Shown here piece after piece: positions 7,216-15,411 of a DNA stretch of 44,656 nt. The notes under the pieces were generated by a model. That model did not search any database. It was given only the letters and a program-made list of their open reading frames with translations, and was not told the DNA's origin. The stretch's first letter is position 1. Every line of letters starts with the position of its first letter. Position numbers and translations under genes: made by a program. The DNA is from a virus. The stretch spans positions 1-44,656 of IMG/VR virus record IMGVR_UViG_3300036861_000552, one strand, 5' to 3'.

Positions 7216-8250
7216 ATGACACACGCTGAAGCTGAGAAGGTCTTCACCCTCATGCGCCGGCACTGGCCGGCGCTCGCCAATCCTGCGTTCCGAATCTTCG
7301 CGCGCAGGAAGGACAAGGCGTTCGGCATGGTGTGCGGGAATCCGGCACAGCTTCGCAATGCTGCGAACTGGTCGGAAGCTGATGGCTGGAACCTCTACGT
7401 GCAGATGAATCCGAGCGCGCCCTTGAACGGCACGCGTTCGAGCGCGGATGAGATCGATTTCTGGTGCTGGTTCCTGATCGACATCGATCCCCTGGCGAAT
7501 TACGAGGGTATCCCCAATCCGCTTGCGGCGCTCGACAAGGTAGATGCGATCCTCAGGAACTACATCGGAGAGAAGACGCTTCATCGGTACGTCATCGACT
7601 CGGGCCGAGGAATGCAGGCATGGTACCCGCTCTACCCCGTCGCCGTCACCGAGCGCAAGATGTTTCGCACGGAACCGCTGGCTCGGGACTTCGAGTTGGA
7701 GGACACGCTGATCGGGGTGCAGGAGTACGCTATCAAGGAAGCGGCCCCGAGGGCGATGGGTTACTGGCTTAATCTCCTGCGGGAGAGGCTCGACATCGTA
7801 GGAAATGAGGGGTGTATGGTGGACCTGTGTGCGCGAGACCTACCGCGTGTCATGCGGATGCCGTACACCATCAACGTGAAGACTGGCAGGCGCGGGGACT
7901 TGCTCGAAGAGGCGACCGACAACAACTACGCTCTCGCAGACAAGCTCCTCAAGTACGCGCCATACGGTGTGTGGAAGCCGGTTGAAGTTGTCTCACTGCC
8001 TGGAGTGGATGGATCGACCCCGTGGCAGGTGTTTATCCCACACATGACCCGGGCTGGTCGATTGTTCATCACGGAAGGAGCCGAGGAAGGAGGCCGCCAT
8101 CATGCCGCCGTTGCTGCGGCCCGTAGCTTGCGGGACTTGGGATGCTCGGCCGAGCAAGCGAAACTCGCGCTGATTGAGGGGGGCAAGATGTGCTTCCCCA
8201 AGTTTGAGGCGAACGAGGTAGAGGTAATAATTGTCCGCAATTTCAAGTAA
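7216..8250 (+). CDS. archaeo-eukaryotic-type primase-polymerase (AEP) with PriCT-like C-terminal domain
   Basis: NLYVQMNP, motif I FLIDIDP, motif II DSGRGMQAWY (SGxGxH-like with Q for H); helical C-terminus GRHHAAVAAARSLRDLGCSAEQA. Confidence 0.75.
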   Translation: MTHAEAEKVFTLMRRHWPALANPAFRIFARRKDKAFGMVCGNPAQLRNAANWSEADGWNLYVQMNPSAPLNGTRSSADEIDFWCWFLIDIDPLANYEGIPNPLAALDKVDAILRNYIGEKTLHRYVIDSGRGMQAWYPLYPVAVTERKMFRTEPLARDFELEDTLIGVQEYAIKEAAPRAMGYWLNLLRERLDIVGNEGCMVDLCARDLPRVMRMPYTINVKTGRRGDLLEEATDNNYALADKLLKYAPYGVWKPVEVVSLPGVDGSTPWQVFIPHMTRAGRLFITEGAEEGGRHHAAVAAARSLRDLGCSAEQAKLALIEGGKMCFPKFEANEVEVIIVRNFK

Positions 8251-8274
8251 ACGCCTTCCAGAAAGGACAACTTC

Positions 8275-9132
8275 ATGGCACTACAGACGTTATCTCCTGA
8301 AGTAGCTACACAGCGGCGGGACATCATCCTCCTATATGGAGATGCTGGCTCGGGGAAAACGCGCCTCGCTACTTCACTCACCGAGCGGTTTGGCGAGATC
8401 ATTTACTTCGCGCTAGATGAGGGAAGCGAAGGTCTCGATTCGGTATTGGAAAAGTACCGTGGCCGAATCCATGTGGTCAAGCCCACTTGGGAAAATCCAT
8501 TCGTTGATGCGGCTGAGATTGCATCGCGGGATTGGAGGAAGCAGTTTCCGACAGCTAAGACCATCGTGATCGACACCTTCTCGAACCTAACCTGGAAACT
8601 CCTGTCCTATTGCACGAACATGGGGATGTTCTCCAGCAAGCACGTCGAGATAGGCACCGGCACGGCCCTTCGTGCCAGTCTACCCGACCGGGGGGACTAC
8701 GGCGGAACCCACGCCATCATCCGCAACTTCGTGGTTCAGATTTTGAACCAGCAGAAGACATTCAACATAGTTTTCGTATGTCACCAAGATCACCCGGATA
8801 CAGACGATGCAGGGAACAGGCTCCCAGGCGGCCCGGCGACGGTCGGAAAGGCAATGACCACCTGGCTCGCAGCGCGCTTCAAGTCGGTGATCCGACTCGA
8901 TAGGGAGATTGAGAACAAGATCGTGGCGGGGAAGGTGGAGATCATCACGAAGATTGTAGCTAGGACGGCCCCCCACGGATCGTTTATCGCGCGCATCAAT
9001 GAAGCTGGCGAGAAGGGCAACCCGATCCCGGTGGTGCCTGTGGCAGTGGATGCCAGAAACTTCTGGGAGATGTTTGATCGTCACTTCTATCAAGAGGAGG
9101 CGAAGGAAGTTGTCGTGGAGCCTACGGCGTAG
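8275..9132 (+). CDS. Sak4-like (AAA_24-type) RecA-fold ATPase
   Basis: Walker A GDAGSGKT, Walker B TIVIDTFSNL; size and position typical of phage Sak4-type annealing/mediator proteins. Confidence 0.75.
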   Translation: MALQTLSPEVATQRRDIILLYGDAGSGKTRLATSLTERFGEIIYFALDEGSEGLDSVLEKYRGRIHVVKPTWENPFVDAAEIASRDWRKQFPTAKTIVIDTFSNLTWKLLSYCTNMGMFSSKHVEIGTGTALRASLPDRGDYGGTHAIIRNFVVQILNQQKTFNIVFVCHQDHPDTDDAGNRLPGGPATVGKAMTTWLAARFKSVIRLDREIENKIVAGKVEIITKIVARTAPHGSFIARINEAGEKGNPIPVVPVAVDARNFWEMFDRHFYQEEAKEVVVEPTA

Positions 9133-9405
9133 AAAGAAAATCCAAGAGGAGAACGCTTCCTTTTACAGGAACAGAAAACTCCTCATGGACCTACTCAAGG
9201 ATGAGCCTTGCATGGACTGCGGGAAGAAGTTCCCACCGAGTGCATGGATTGGGATCATGTTCGAGGGCGGAAGAAAAGACCCGCAAGCAGAATAAAGTAC
9301 AGCATCAAACAGGTGGAACAAGAGTTGGCGAAATGCGACCTGGTGTGCGCCAACTGTCATCGTACCAGGACTAAGCAAAGGAGAACACGAAATGCTGGAC
9401 AATGA
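9110..9405 (+). pseudogene. HNH homing endonuclease, frameshifted copy (paralog of 13384..13680 and 16471..16881)
   Basis: ORF 8999..9295 supplies ...LLMDLLKDEPCMDCGKKFPP and ORF 9208..9405 supplies ECMDWDHVRGRKK...LVCANCHRTRT. Against paralog ccacctgagtgc, this copy reads ccaccgagtgc (one base missing at 9237/9238). TTG 9110 follows GAAGGAAG. Confidence 0.7.
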
Positions 9406-9964
9406 CTTGAATTTGAATCCTGAGCAGTTGGATGCGGTTGCGGCCCTGTCGGGGTTCAACCTCATAGTTCCTGAAGGCACTCCACGCAAAAAGGGAGTAG
9501 CTCGTTGGACCGAGTACGTGACGATCGAGGAGGCCAGCCGTGAGGACGAGACGAGCCAGAAGGGCGCGTCCCGCACGGTGTTCACGCTGAAAGCCAAGGT
9601 CATCCCGGGTCCGGGTACGACCGGCGATAACGTGGGCCGCTCGGTGAACGAGTTCATGCGAGTCAACTTCGGCGTGCTCAAGGGCAACGTCGCGGCTGCT
9701 GGCGCGAACGAAGTGAAGAAGGAACTCACCATGAGTGCGATGGCACTGGCCACGATGAAGCAGCTAATCCAGGCTGCGGGGCTGGACCTCTCGGGTGGGT
9801 TGACGTTGGAGATTCTCGATGCGCTGTTCCCGAAGACCGGACAGAGCGTCTTGATCGGCCAGCACTTCTCCTACGTGATCAACAACAACGAGGGGAACAA
9901 GAATCCGAACGGCGAGAACAACCAAGGCGTCTCGGCCATCTTTGGCGCACCTGAAGGAGTCTGA
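9392..9964 (+). CDS. hypothetical protein (ssDNA-binding role possible from position only)
   Basis: 190-aa ORF, ATG 8 nt after AAGGAG; between Sak4-like ATPase and DNA polymerase; no motif recognised. Confidence 0.65.
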   Translation: MLDNDLNLNPEQLDAVAALSGFNLIVPEGTPRKKGVARWTEYVTIEEASREDETSQKGASRTVFTLKAKVIPGPGTTGDNVGRSVNEFMRVNFGVLKGNVAAAGANEVKKELTMSAMALATMKQLIQAAGLDLSGGLTLEILDALFPKTGQSVLIGQHFSYVINNNEGNKNPNGENNQGVSAIFGAPEGV

Positions 9965-9966
9965 TC

Positions 9967-10536
9967 ATGGGCGAGGGGAACCAGCCAATCATCCCGAGGG
10001 ACAATCCGCTCGCACGGAAGCTGGCTGCCATCGGGCAGTTGAACGAGACCTACGGCACCAGAGCGCAGGGAGGCGCTGGTGCCCCCATCGTCGAGGAGAC
10101 GGCTCCATCAGCGGGACCAGGGACGGTACTTCCGCCTCCTCCAGTGCCGGTGACGCCGGAAGAAGAGGCTGAACTCCAGCGCAAGTTCGATGAGCAGTGG
10201 GGAAATCATCCTGCTGCCGAGCCACCTGTAGCGGCGATGAACCAACGTGTTTCTGCCCCTCGGGCCGTTGTGACTTCTATGCCAGAGGGACTGGCTGCAA
10301 TCGATCTGGTTCATCGACAGGTCGTGGCAACGAATGGGGTGCTGTACCCCATCGATGACAAGGATCACAGGGAACTGATGGTGTTCGCCTTCAGGATCAT
10401 GGTTCGCGGGATCGCAGAGCAGGTCGCTCGGGTTGCAGTATCACTTGGAATCCAGGAGGAAGTGAATGGGAAGCCCGCTGCTGAAACGCAAGGAGAAGCG
10501 GTGCCCGAAGTGCCAGGAGACCAAGCCAGCCAGTGA
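9967..10536 (+). CDS. hypothetical protein
   Basis: 189-aa ORF starting 3 nt after the upstream stop; Pro/Ala-rich linker PPPPVPVTPEEEAE. Confidence 0.6.
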   Translation: MGEGNQPIIPRDNPLARKLAAIGQLNETYGTRAQGGAGAPIVEETAPSAGPGTVLPPPPVPVTPEEEAELQRKFDEQWGNHPAAEPPVAAMNQRVSAPRAVVTSMPEGLAAIDLVHRQVVATNGVLYPIDDKDHRELMVFAFRIMVRGIAEQVARVAVSLGIQEEVNGKPAAETQGEAVPEVPGDQASQ

Positions 10537-11086
10537 GTGGTGGAAGGGCGCGAGTTGGTGCAAGCAGTGCCGGCTACTCTATCAAAGGACGAGTGAGAGC
10601 CGTAGATTACGTCAACTAGGTTACGATGCCAATTATAGGGCAAAGGGCCTAGCTGGACTCAATGATTTCATCCATAGGTCTGGGCTCTCCAGGAAGGAGG
10701 CCCAGATCATGTGGCACGCTACAAGGGATGCAGGGGCATGTTGCACCATTTGTGGGATTCCAGGCCATAGGCTCGCTGCATACCAACGTAAGAATGCGCC
10801 GTGTCCGAGCTTTCATCTGAACCATCACAAGATGGAGTTGGATCGGATCAACCCCGGCGGTATGGGCGGTGAGTACACGAAGGGCAATGTACGTCCGCTG
10901 TGCCCGAAGTGCAACTTCCTGCGTGGAGCCGCGCGTCGCACGGATCACGAGGTTCGTTCGATCATGTGGGCAGCGTGGCAGAAGTTTGAAGACATGAAGC
11001 ATCTGCGTTGGTTCAAGAACCTGCACGTTGTCAACGGCAAGTACACCTTGCGAGGACCTGATGACCAAAGCTCTACTGGTGTTTGA
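10466..11086 (+). CDS. HNH-family endonuclease with N-terminal Cys4 zinc finger
   Basis: CPKCQ...CKQC finger; CCTICG...ELDRINPGG...YTKGNVRPLCPKCNFLRG resembles the HNH core with D in place of the first H; ATG after AGGAGGAAG; overlaps the upstream gene by 71 nt. Confidence 0.6.
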   Translation: MGSPLLKRKEKRCPKCQETKPASEWWKGASWCKQCRLLYQRTSESRRLRQLGYDANYRAKGLAGLNDFIHRSGLSRKEAQIMWHATRDAGACCTICGIPGHRLAAYQRKNAPCPSFHLNHHKMELDRINPGGMGGEYTKGNVRPLCPKCNFLRGAARRTDHEVRSIMWAAWQKFEDMKHLRWFKNLHVVNGKYTLRGPDDQSSTGV

Positions 11087-13391
11087 AAGCGTCCTCTCTG
11101 AGGCGTATGAGAGATGGATTTTCAAGGAACTCTCGAAGGTCGGTCTCTCGGCTGCTGACTGCTCACAGATTCATATCGTACCGAAGGAGCTTGGATACGA
11201 AGACAAGCTCACGGCCGCGATGATCTCGGAGAACCTCCCGGCATTCTACAAGAAACTGCGTGAGGCATCGGCCCGGGTAGTCCTCGTGTTCGGGGGACCG
11301 GCCACGAAGGCTGTGCTCGGTCGGTCAGATAGGTTAGAGTTCCTGCGCGGATATGTGTGGGAGCCGGCTGATCTCTCGGTGGTCTCATGGAAGGAGACCG
11401 GAGTTATCGGCGCATACCTTCGGGACAACAAGAAGAAGGGCATCAAGGCTGGGGATGACAAGCTCGGGAAGGTGCTCAAGTCCCAACTCGTAGAGTTGCC
11501 GGATCGTTCTAAGGTCATCTGCACGTTCAGCCCACAGTTTCTCGTGAAGAACGGCTTCAAGCCTCTCGCCGCGTTCGCTGCCGATCTTCGGCGTGCGAAG
11601 ACGATGGCTGATGGTTTCATGTTCCTTCGCGACGACCAGATTTTCGATGCGGAGCGCAACTTCCTAACGGAACCGAAGTGGGATTGGATTCCTCAAGACG
11701 ATATGTTCGCTTTCGACATCGAGGTTCGTGCGACCCCCACGGGGTATTCGCGTGATCCCGAGTTGATCTCCCTCTCAGACGGCGTGGTGACGATGTGCCT
11801 GCCGTGGAATGAGCAGACCCGTGACTACTGCAAGCACTACCTTGGCAACGCGAAGTATACGAAGTGGGCGCACAACTCGATCTTCGATACGGCCCGGCTC
11901 AGGGATGCCGGCTGCACGGTCATCGACCCTATCTTCGATTCGATGCTTGCTGCTCAGTTGCTTACCCCGGACCTTGGGAAAGCACTCGGTAAGGTGGCGA
12001 GTATCTACCTCCATCTCAAGGAATGGAAGTCCAAGAGTGACAGCGACCCCATGTTCTACTCGGCAAAGGACGCGTTTGTCACGGTGCTCCTCGCGAGGGA
12101 ACTCGACAAGAAGCTGAAGAAGCTCGGCATGCACCACCTGTTCACGAACATCTGCGTCGCGTTGCCGGTACTGCTCGACATGAACGAGCGGGGGATCAAG
12201 GTCGATCTATCGCGCGCTGCCATCTGGGCGCAGGAGTTGAAGGACAAGCTCACGGACCTGAGCGAGAAGTGGATTCAGATGACGGCTCCGATCGCTGCTG
12301 CACACAGCGAGAAGGGCGTCTCACCGGGCTCCACGCGCCAGTTGCAGAAGATGTTCTATCAGTGGTTCGGCTGCGCGCCTCGCCGCAACCGCAGTGACAG
12401 CGTGACTCTCGATGCTGAGGCGCTGTTCGATCTGAAGACGATCTACCCAGAGCACGCGGAACTTGTCACGTTGCTCTTGGAGTACCGAGAGGTCTCGAAG
12501 CAGTACGGCACGTATGCCAAGGTGCTCGCCGGCCTCTTCAACGACGACGCCGACCGCGTTCATCCTGAGTACATCTCAGGTGGGATGGAAGGCGCATCAG
12601 CCCCGGGACGTAAGGGGCACGCAACTACGGGGAGGCTTGGTGTCAGCAGACCGAACATTCAGAACCAGACGCCTGAGGCTCGGCGTATGTACATTCCTGA
12701 TTCGCCTGATCATTGCTTTATTGAACTGGATTTCTCCCAAGCCGAACTCCGGGTCATTGCAGCGTTGTCAGGCGACGCTGAGCTCACGGCAGCATTGGCC
12801 GGAGGCGACATTCACTCTCAAACTGCAACTCGTTTGGGAGTTCCCCGAAAGCTGGCAAAGAACGCCATCTATGCCTCCTGCTATCTCGGAGGTCCTAAGA
12901 CTATTCAATCGATGCTGAAGAAGGAAGGCATCATCGTCGGCGTCCCGGAGATCAAGAAGGTGCAGGCGCTCCTTCGCAGGCTGTACGCACGGATGTTCGC
13001 GTGGCAGACGACTGTGGTGGAAGAGATGCTCGGCCAGGGATACCTCATCAATCCCTTCGGCCGCGTGAGGTTCTTCTACGGCAAGGACAAGGACGGCCCT
13101 GAAGCAGCAGATTTCAATCCCCAAAGTTCGGTGGCCGATATTACCTGGTACCTTCTGCCCGAGCTTCAGGAGCGAGCGGGTGAATTCGGCGGCCGCGTGG
13201 TCTCGCAGGTTCACGACTCGTTCCTTTTCTGTGTGCCGAAGGATCAGGTCGAGCGGGCCACACGAGTCTTCACGGACATCATGCAGCGCGAGTTCGTCCA
13301 GGTTGCGCCTGGGTTCCACATCCCTGTTGATGCAAAGGTAGGCAAGCCCGGCCAGTCGTGGGGAGAGTTGGAGAAGGAAGTCCATGTATAG
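11061..13391 (+). CDS. family-A DNA polymerase with N-terminal UDG-like domain and 3'-5' exonuclease
   Basis: Exo motifs FAFDIEV, HNSIFDTARL, YSAKDAF; Pol motif A DFSQAELRVIAALSGD, motif B RKLAKNAIYASCYLGG, motif C QVHDSFLF; N-terminal LLVFES...VLVFGGPATKAVLG...CTFSPQFL resembles a family-4 UDG fold; start trimmed to ATG 11061. Confidence 0.93.
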   Translation: MTKALLVFESVLSEAYERWIFKELSKVGLSAADCSQIHIVPKELGYEDKLTAAMISENLPAFYKKLREASARVVLVFGGPATKAVLGRSDRLEFLRGYVWEPADLSVVSWKETGVIGAYLRDNKKKGIKAGDDKLGKVLKSQLVELPDRSKVICTFSPQFLVKNGFKPLAAFAADLRRAKTMADGFMFLRDDQIFDAERNFLTEPKWDWIPQDDMFAFDIEVRATPTGYSRDPELISLSDGVVTMCLPWNEQTRDYCKHYLGNAKYTKWAHNSIFDTARLRDAGCTVIDPIFDSMLAAQLLTPDLGKALGKVASIYLHLKEWKSKSDSDPMFYSAKDAFVTVLLARELDKKLKKLGMHHLFTNICVALPVLLDMNERGIKVDLSRAAIWAQELKDKLTDLSEKWIQMTAPIAAAHSEKGVSPGSTRQLQKMFYQWFGCAPRRNRSDSVTLDAEALFDLKTIYPEHAELVTLLLEYREVSKQYGTYAKVLAGLFNDDADRVHPEYISGGMEGASAPGRKGHATTGRLGVSRPNIQNQTPEARRMYIPDSPDHCFIELDFSQAELRVIAALSGDAELTAALAGGDIHSQTATRLGVPRKLAKNAIYASCYLGGPKTIQSMLKKEGIIVGVPEIKKVQALLRRLYARMFAWQTTVVEEMLGQGYLINPFGRVRFFYGKDKDGPEAADFNPQSSVADITWYLLPELQERAGEFGGRVVSQVHDSFLFCVPKDQVERATRVFTDIMQREFVQVAPGFHIPVDAKVGKPGQSWGELEKEVHV

Positions 13392-13680
13392 GCGGGGACA
13401 GCCGAAGAGCAGCTACAACCAAGAATTTAAGGTGCTTCGGCGGCTGACTGTAGACTTGTTGAAGGACGATCCTTGTGCTGATTGTGGGAAGCGGTTTCCA
13501 CCTGAGTGCATGGACTTCGACCACGTCCGAGGCAGGAAGACTTTCAAAATTTCCAGTGGTGTGGTGGAGCATCGCCCAACAGATGCCCTCGAAAAGGAGA
13601 TCAATAAGTGTCAACTGGTGTGCGCCAATTGTCATCGTATGAGAACACGCAGACGGGCAAAAAGCCGAAGGCGTATCTGA
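13384..13680 (+). CDS. HNH homing endonuclease (intact paralog)
   Basis: DPCADCGKRFPPECMDFDHVRGRK...LVCANCHRMRT; overlaps the DNA polymerase stop by 8 nt and the next gene by 73 nt. Confidence 0.85.
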   Translation: MYRRGQPKSSYNQEFKVLRRLTVDLLKDDPCADCGKRFPPECMDFDHVRGRKTFKISSGVVEHRPTDALEKEINKCQLVCANCHRMRTRRRAKSRRRI

Positions 13681-14342
13681 GTGGGCCGATGAGCGGTATT
13701 CCCGAGTATAACGCCCCGGCCTTTGCTTACTTCGCTGAGAAGTACCGTGCTCGGGGCTGGGAGATCGTAAGCCCCCCTGAACTGGATGCAGATGCGAATG
13801 ACTTCGCCTACGAGTCGTGCATCAAGCGGGACATGCGGGTACTGGTGGACCAGGGCATTGACGTGGTTCTGATGTTGCCAAAGTGGCAGAAGTCAAAGGG
13901 AGCGAACCTCGAAAAGCTCCTCGCCGAACTCACGGGTATCCCTTGCTTCGACGCCGAGACCGAGGAAGTGGTCACGGAGTTGGTGCGAGAAAAGGTAGTC
14001 CCCCCGAGTCGGCCTCAGCAGACCATGCCGAAGGACTCCGCTGGGCGTAAAGCAGTCCCGCTGTGCAGTGGGGTGCTCGACTACTTCCCTGCGGCTCTCG
14101 CTGCCGTCGCCAAGATTTCGAAGCACGGAAACGACAAGCACAATCCTGGGGAACCCCTGCATTGGGCTCGGGGGAAATCCACGGATCACGCGGACTGCAT
14201 TGCTCGGCATCTTGTGGACCGTGGGATCATCGATGCTGATACCGGCCTATCTCACACCGTTGAGATTGCATGGCGCGCTTTGGCCCTGCTGCAAGAGGAA
14301 GAGGAATCCCGGGGTGCTCCGCGAGCGAGAGGAGCTTACTGA
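13608..14342 (+). CDS. fusion: DUF4406 (nucleoside 2-deoxyribosyltransferase-like) domain + dATP/dGTP diphosphohydrolase-like domain
   Basis: KAYLSGPMSGIPEYNAPAF...DVVLMLPKWQKSKGA (DUF4406 pattern) then KDSAGRKAVPL...ALAAVAKISKHGNDKHN...HADCIARHLVD...DTGLSHTVEIAWRALALL (DUF5664-like pattern); start 13608, 13620 or 13629. Confidence 0.65.
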   Translation: MSTGVRQLSSYENTQTGKKPKAYLSGPMSGIPEYNAPAFAYFAEKYRARGWEIVSPPELDADANDFAYESCIKRDMRVLVDQGIDVVLMLPKWQKSKGANLEKLLAELTGIPCFDAETEEVVTELVREKVVPPSRPQQTMPKDSAGRKAVPLCSGVLDYFPAALAAVAKISKHGNDKHNPGEPLHWARGKSTDHADCIARHLVDRGIIDADTGLSHTVEIAWRALALLQEEEESRGAPRARGAY

Positions 14343-14587
14343 TGCCCTACATAAAGCAGAAAGATCGTGAGCGGGCGAAATTCGAACCCGTCAGTCCTGG
14401 TGAATTGAACTTTGCGATCACCAGCATTATTCAGGCATACTGGAACTCGAAACCCTGGCCTTCCTATACGACGATCAACGACATCATTGGCGCGCTCGAA
14501 GGTGCGAAGTTGGAGTTCTATCGCAGGATCGTGGTGCCCTATGAGGAGGAAAAGATGGCTGCGAACGGAGATGTCTATGGTAGTTGA
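14342..14587 (+). CDS. conserved phage hypothetical protein
   Basis: Frame of ORF 14270..14587 trimmed to ATG 14342 (overlaps upstream stop by 1 nt, TGATG); GELNFAITS...INDIIGALEGAKLEFYRRIVVPYEEEKMAANGDVY looks like a recurrent phage family that I cannot name. Confidence 0.6.
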   Translation: MPYIKQKDRERAKFEPVSPGELNFAITSIIQAYWNSKPWPSYTTINDIIGALEGAKLEFYRRIVVPYEEEKMAANGDVYGS

Positions 14588-14999
14588 TGATCGTCGTCGT
14601 CGGTACCGCATCAACAACATGCGCGCAGGCAAGTGTCGGTGGTGTCCGAATCCCATCAACGACACGCATCGAGGCGTGTGCCTCCGGCATCATGTGTTCT
14701 ACATGCTCAGGAAGAAGGGATTGACGAAGGGCGTGCTCCCGCCTCCAAAGAAGCGAAAGCGCGAGGCCCTCATCGCCTACATCCAGGGACGCGAGACCGC
14801 GATTCGCAATGGATTCCTCACCCCCGGGACGGATGAACAACGCCTTAAAGATGTGATCGAGACACGTCTGCGCCTCGGGATCACCTGGGGTGGCGTGCGT
14901 GGTGGGGACAAGATGGCCGAGATCGTGAGACTCATTGACCTCAGTGCTATGAGGAAAAGGGAGACCAATGGACAGCAACAACCTCAAGCAACTGCGTGA
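14577..14999 (+). CDS. hypothetical basic protein
   Basis: Frame of ORF 14412..14999 trimmed to ATG 14577; CRWCPNP...H..CLRHH Cys/His cluster. Confidence 0.55.
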   Translation: MVVDDRRRRYRINNMRAGKCRWCPNPINDTHRGVCLRHHVFYMLRKKGLTKGVLPPPKKRKREALIAYIQGRETAIRNGFLTPGTDEQRLKDVIETRLRLGITWGGVRGGDKMAEIVRLIDLSAMRKRETNGQQQPQATA

Positions 15000-15411
15000 T
15001 GAACTGATGCGGGATGAAGGCGTCCGCCTTGATGCCTACCAGGATACTGTTGGCCTCTGGACGATCGGTGTCGGGCATCTTCTTGGCAAAGAGAAGCGCA
15101 TGACTGAGATCACTCAGTTCGAAGCCGAAGCTCTCCTTGATGCGGATATCTGGGTGGCACAGGCATTGGCGAAGGTCTATGCCCCTACTGTGGTGAACAA
15201 CAACGCGCTGTACGGACACTCTCGCGAGCGAGTTCTGGTGAACATGGCATTCAACTTGGGAACTCGGCTGGGGGGATTCAAGAGGTTCCTCGCGGCCGTC
15301 AACGCTCACGATTGGACTACGGCTGCCAGGGAGATGATGGACTCGAAGTGGGCGAAGCAGGTAGGCGCTCGTGCAGATCGACTCCACAACATGATCCTCA
15401 TTGTAGACTGA
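14968..15411 (+). CDS. T4-type lysozyme (GH24 endolysin)
   Basis: LMRDEGVRLDAYQDTVGLWTIGVGH carries the catalytic E...D...T triad context of phage T4 lysozyme; no signal peptide visible. Confidence 0.9.
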   Translation: MDSNNLKQLRDELMRDEGVRLDAYQDTVGLWTIGVGHLLGKEKRMTEITQFEAEALLDADIWVAQALAKVYAPTVVNNNALYGHSRERVLVNMAFNLGTRLGGFKRFLAAVNAHDWTTAAREMMDSKWAKQVGARADRLHNMILIVD

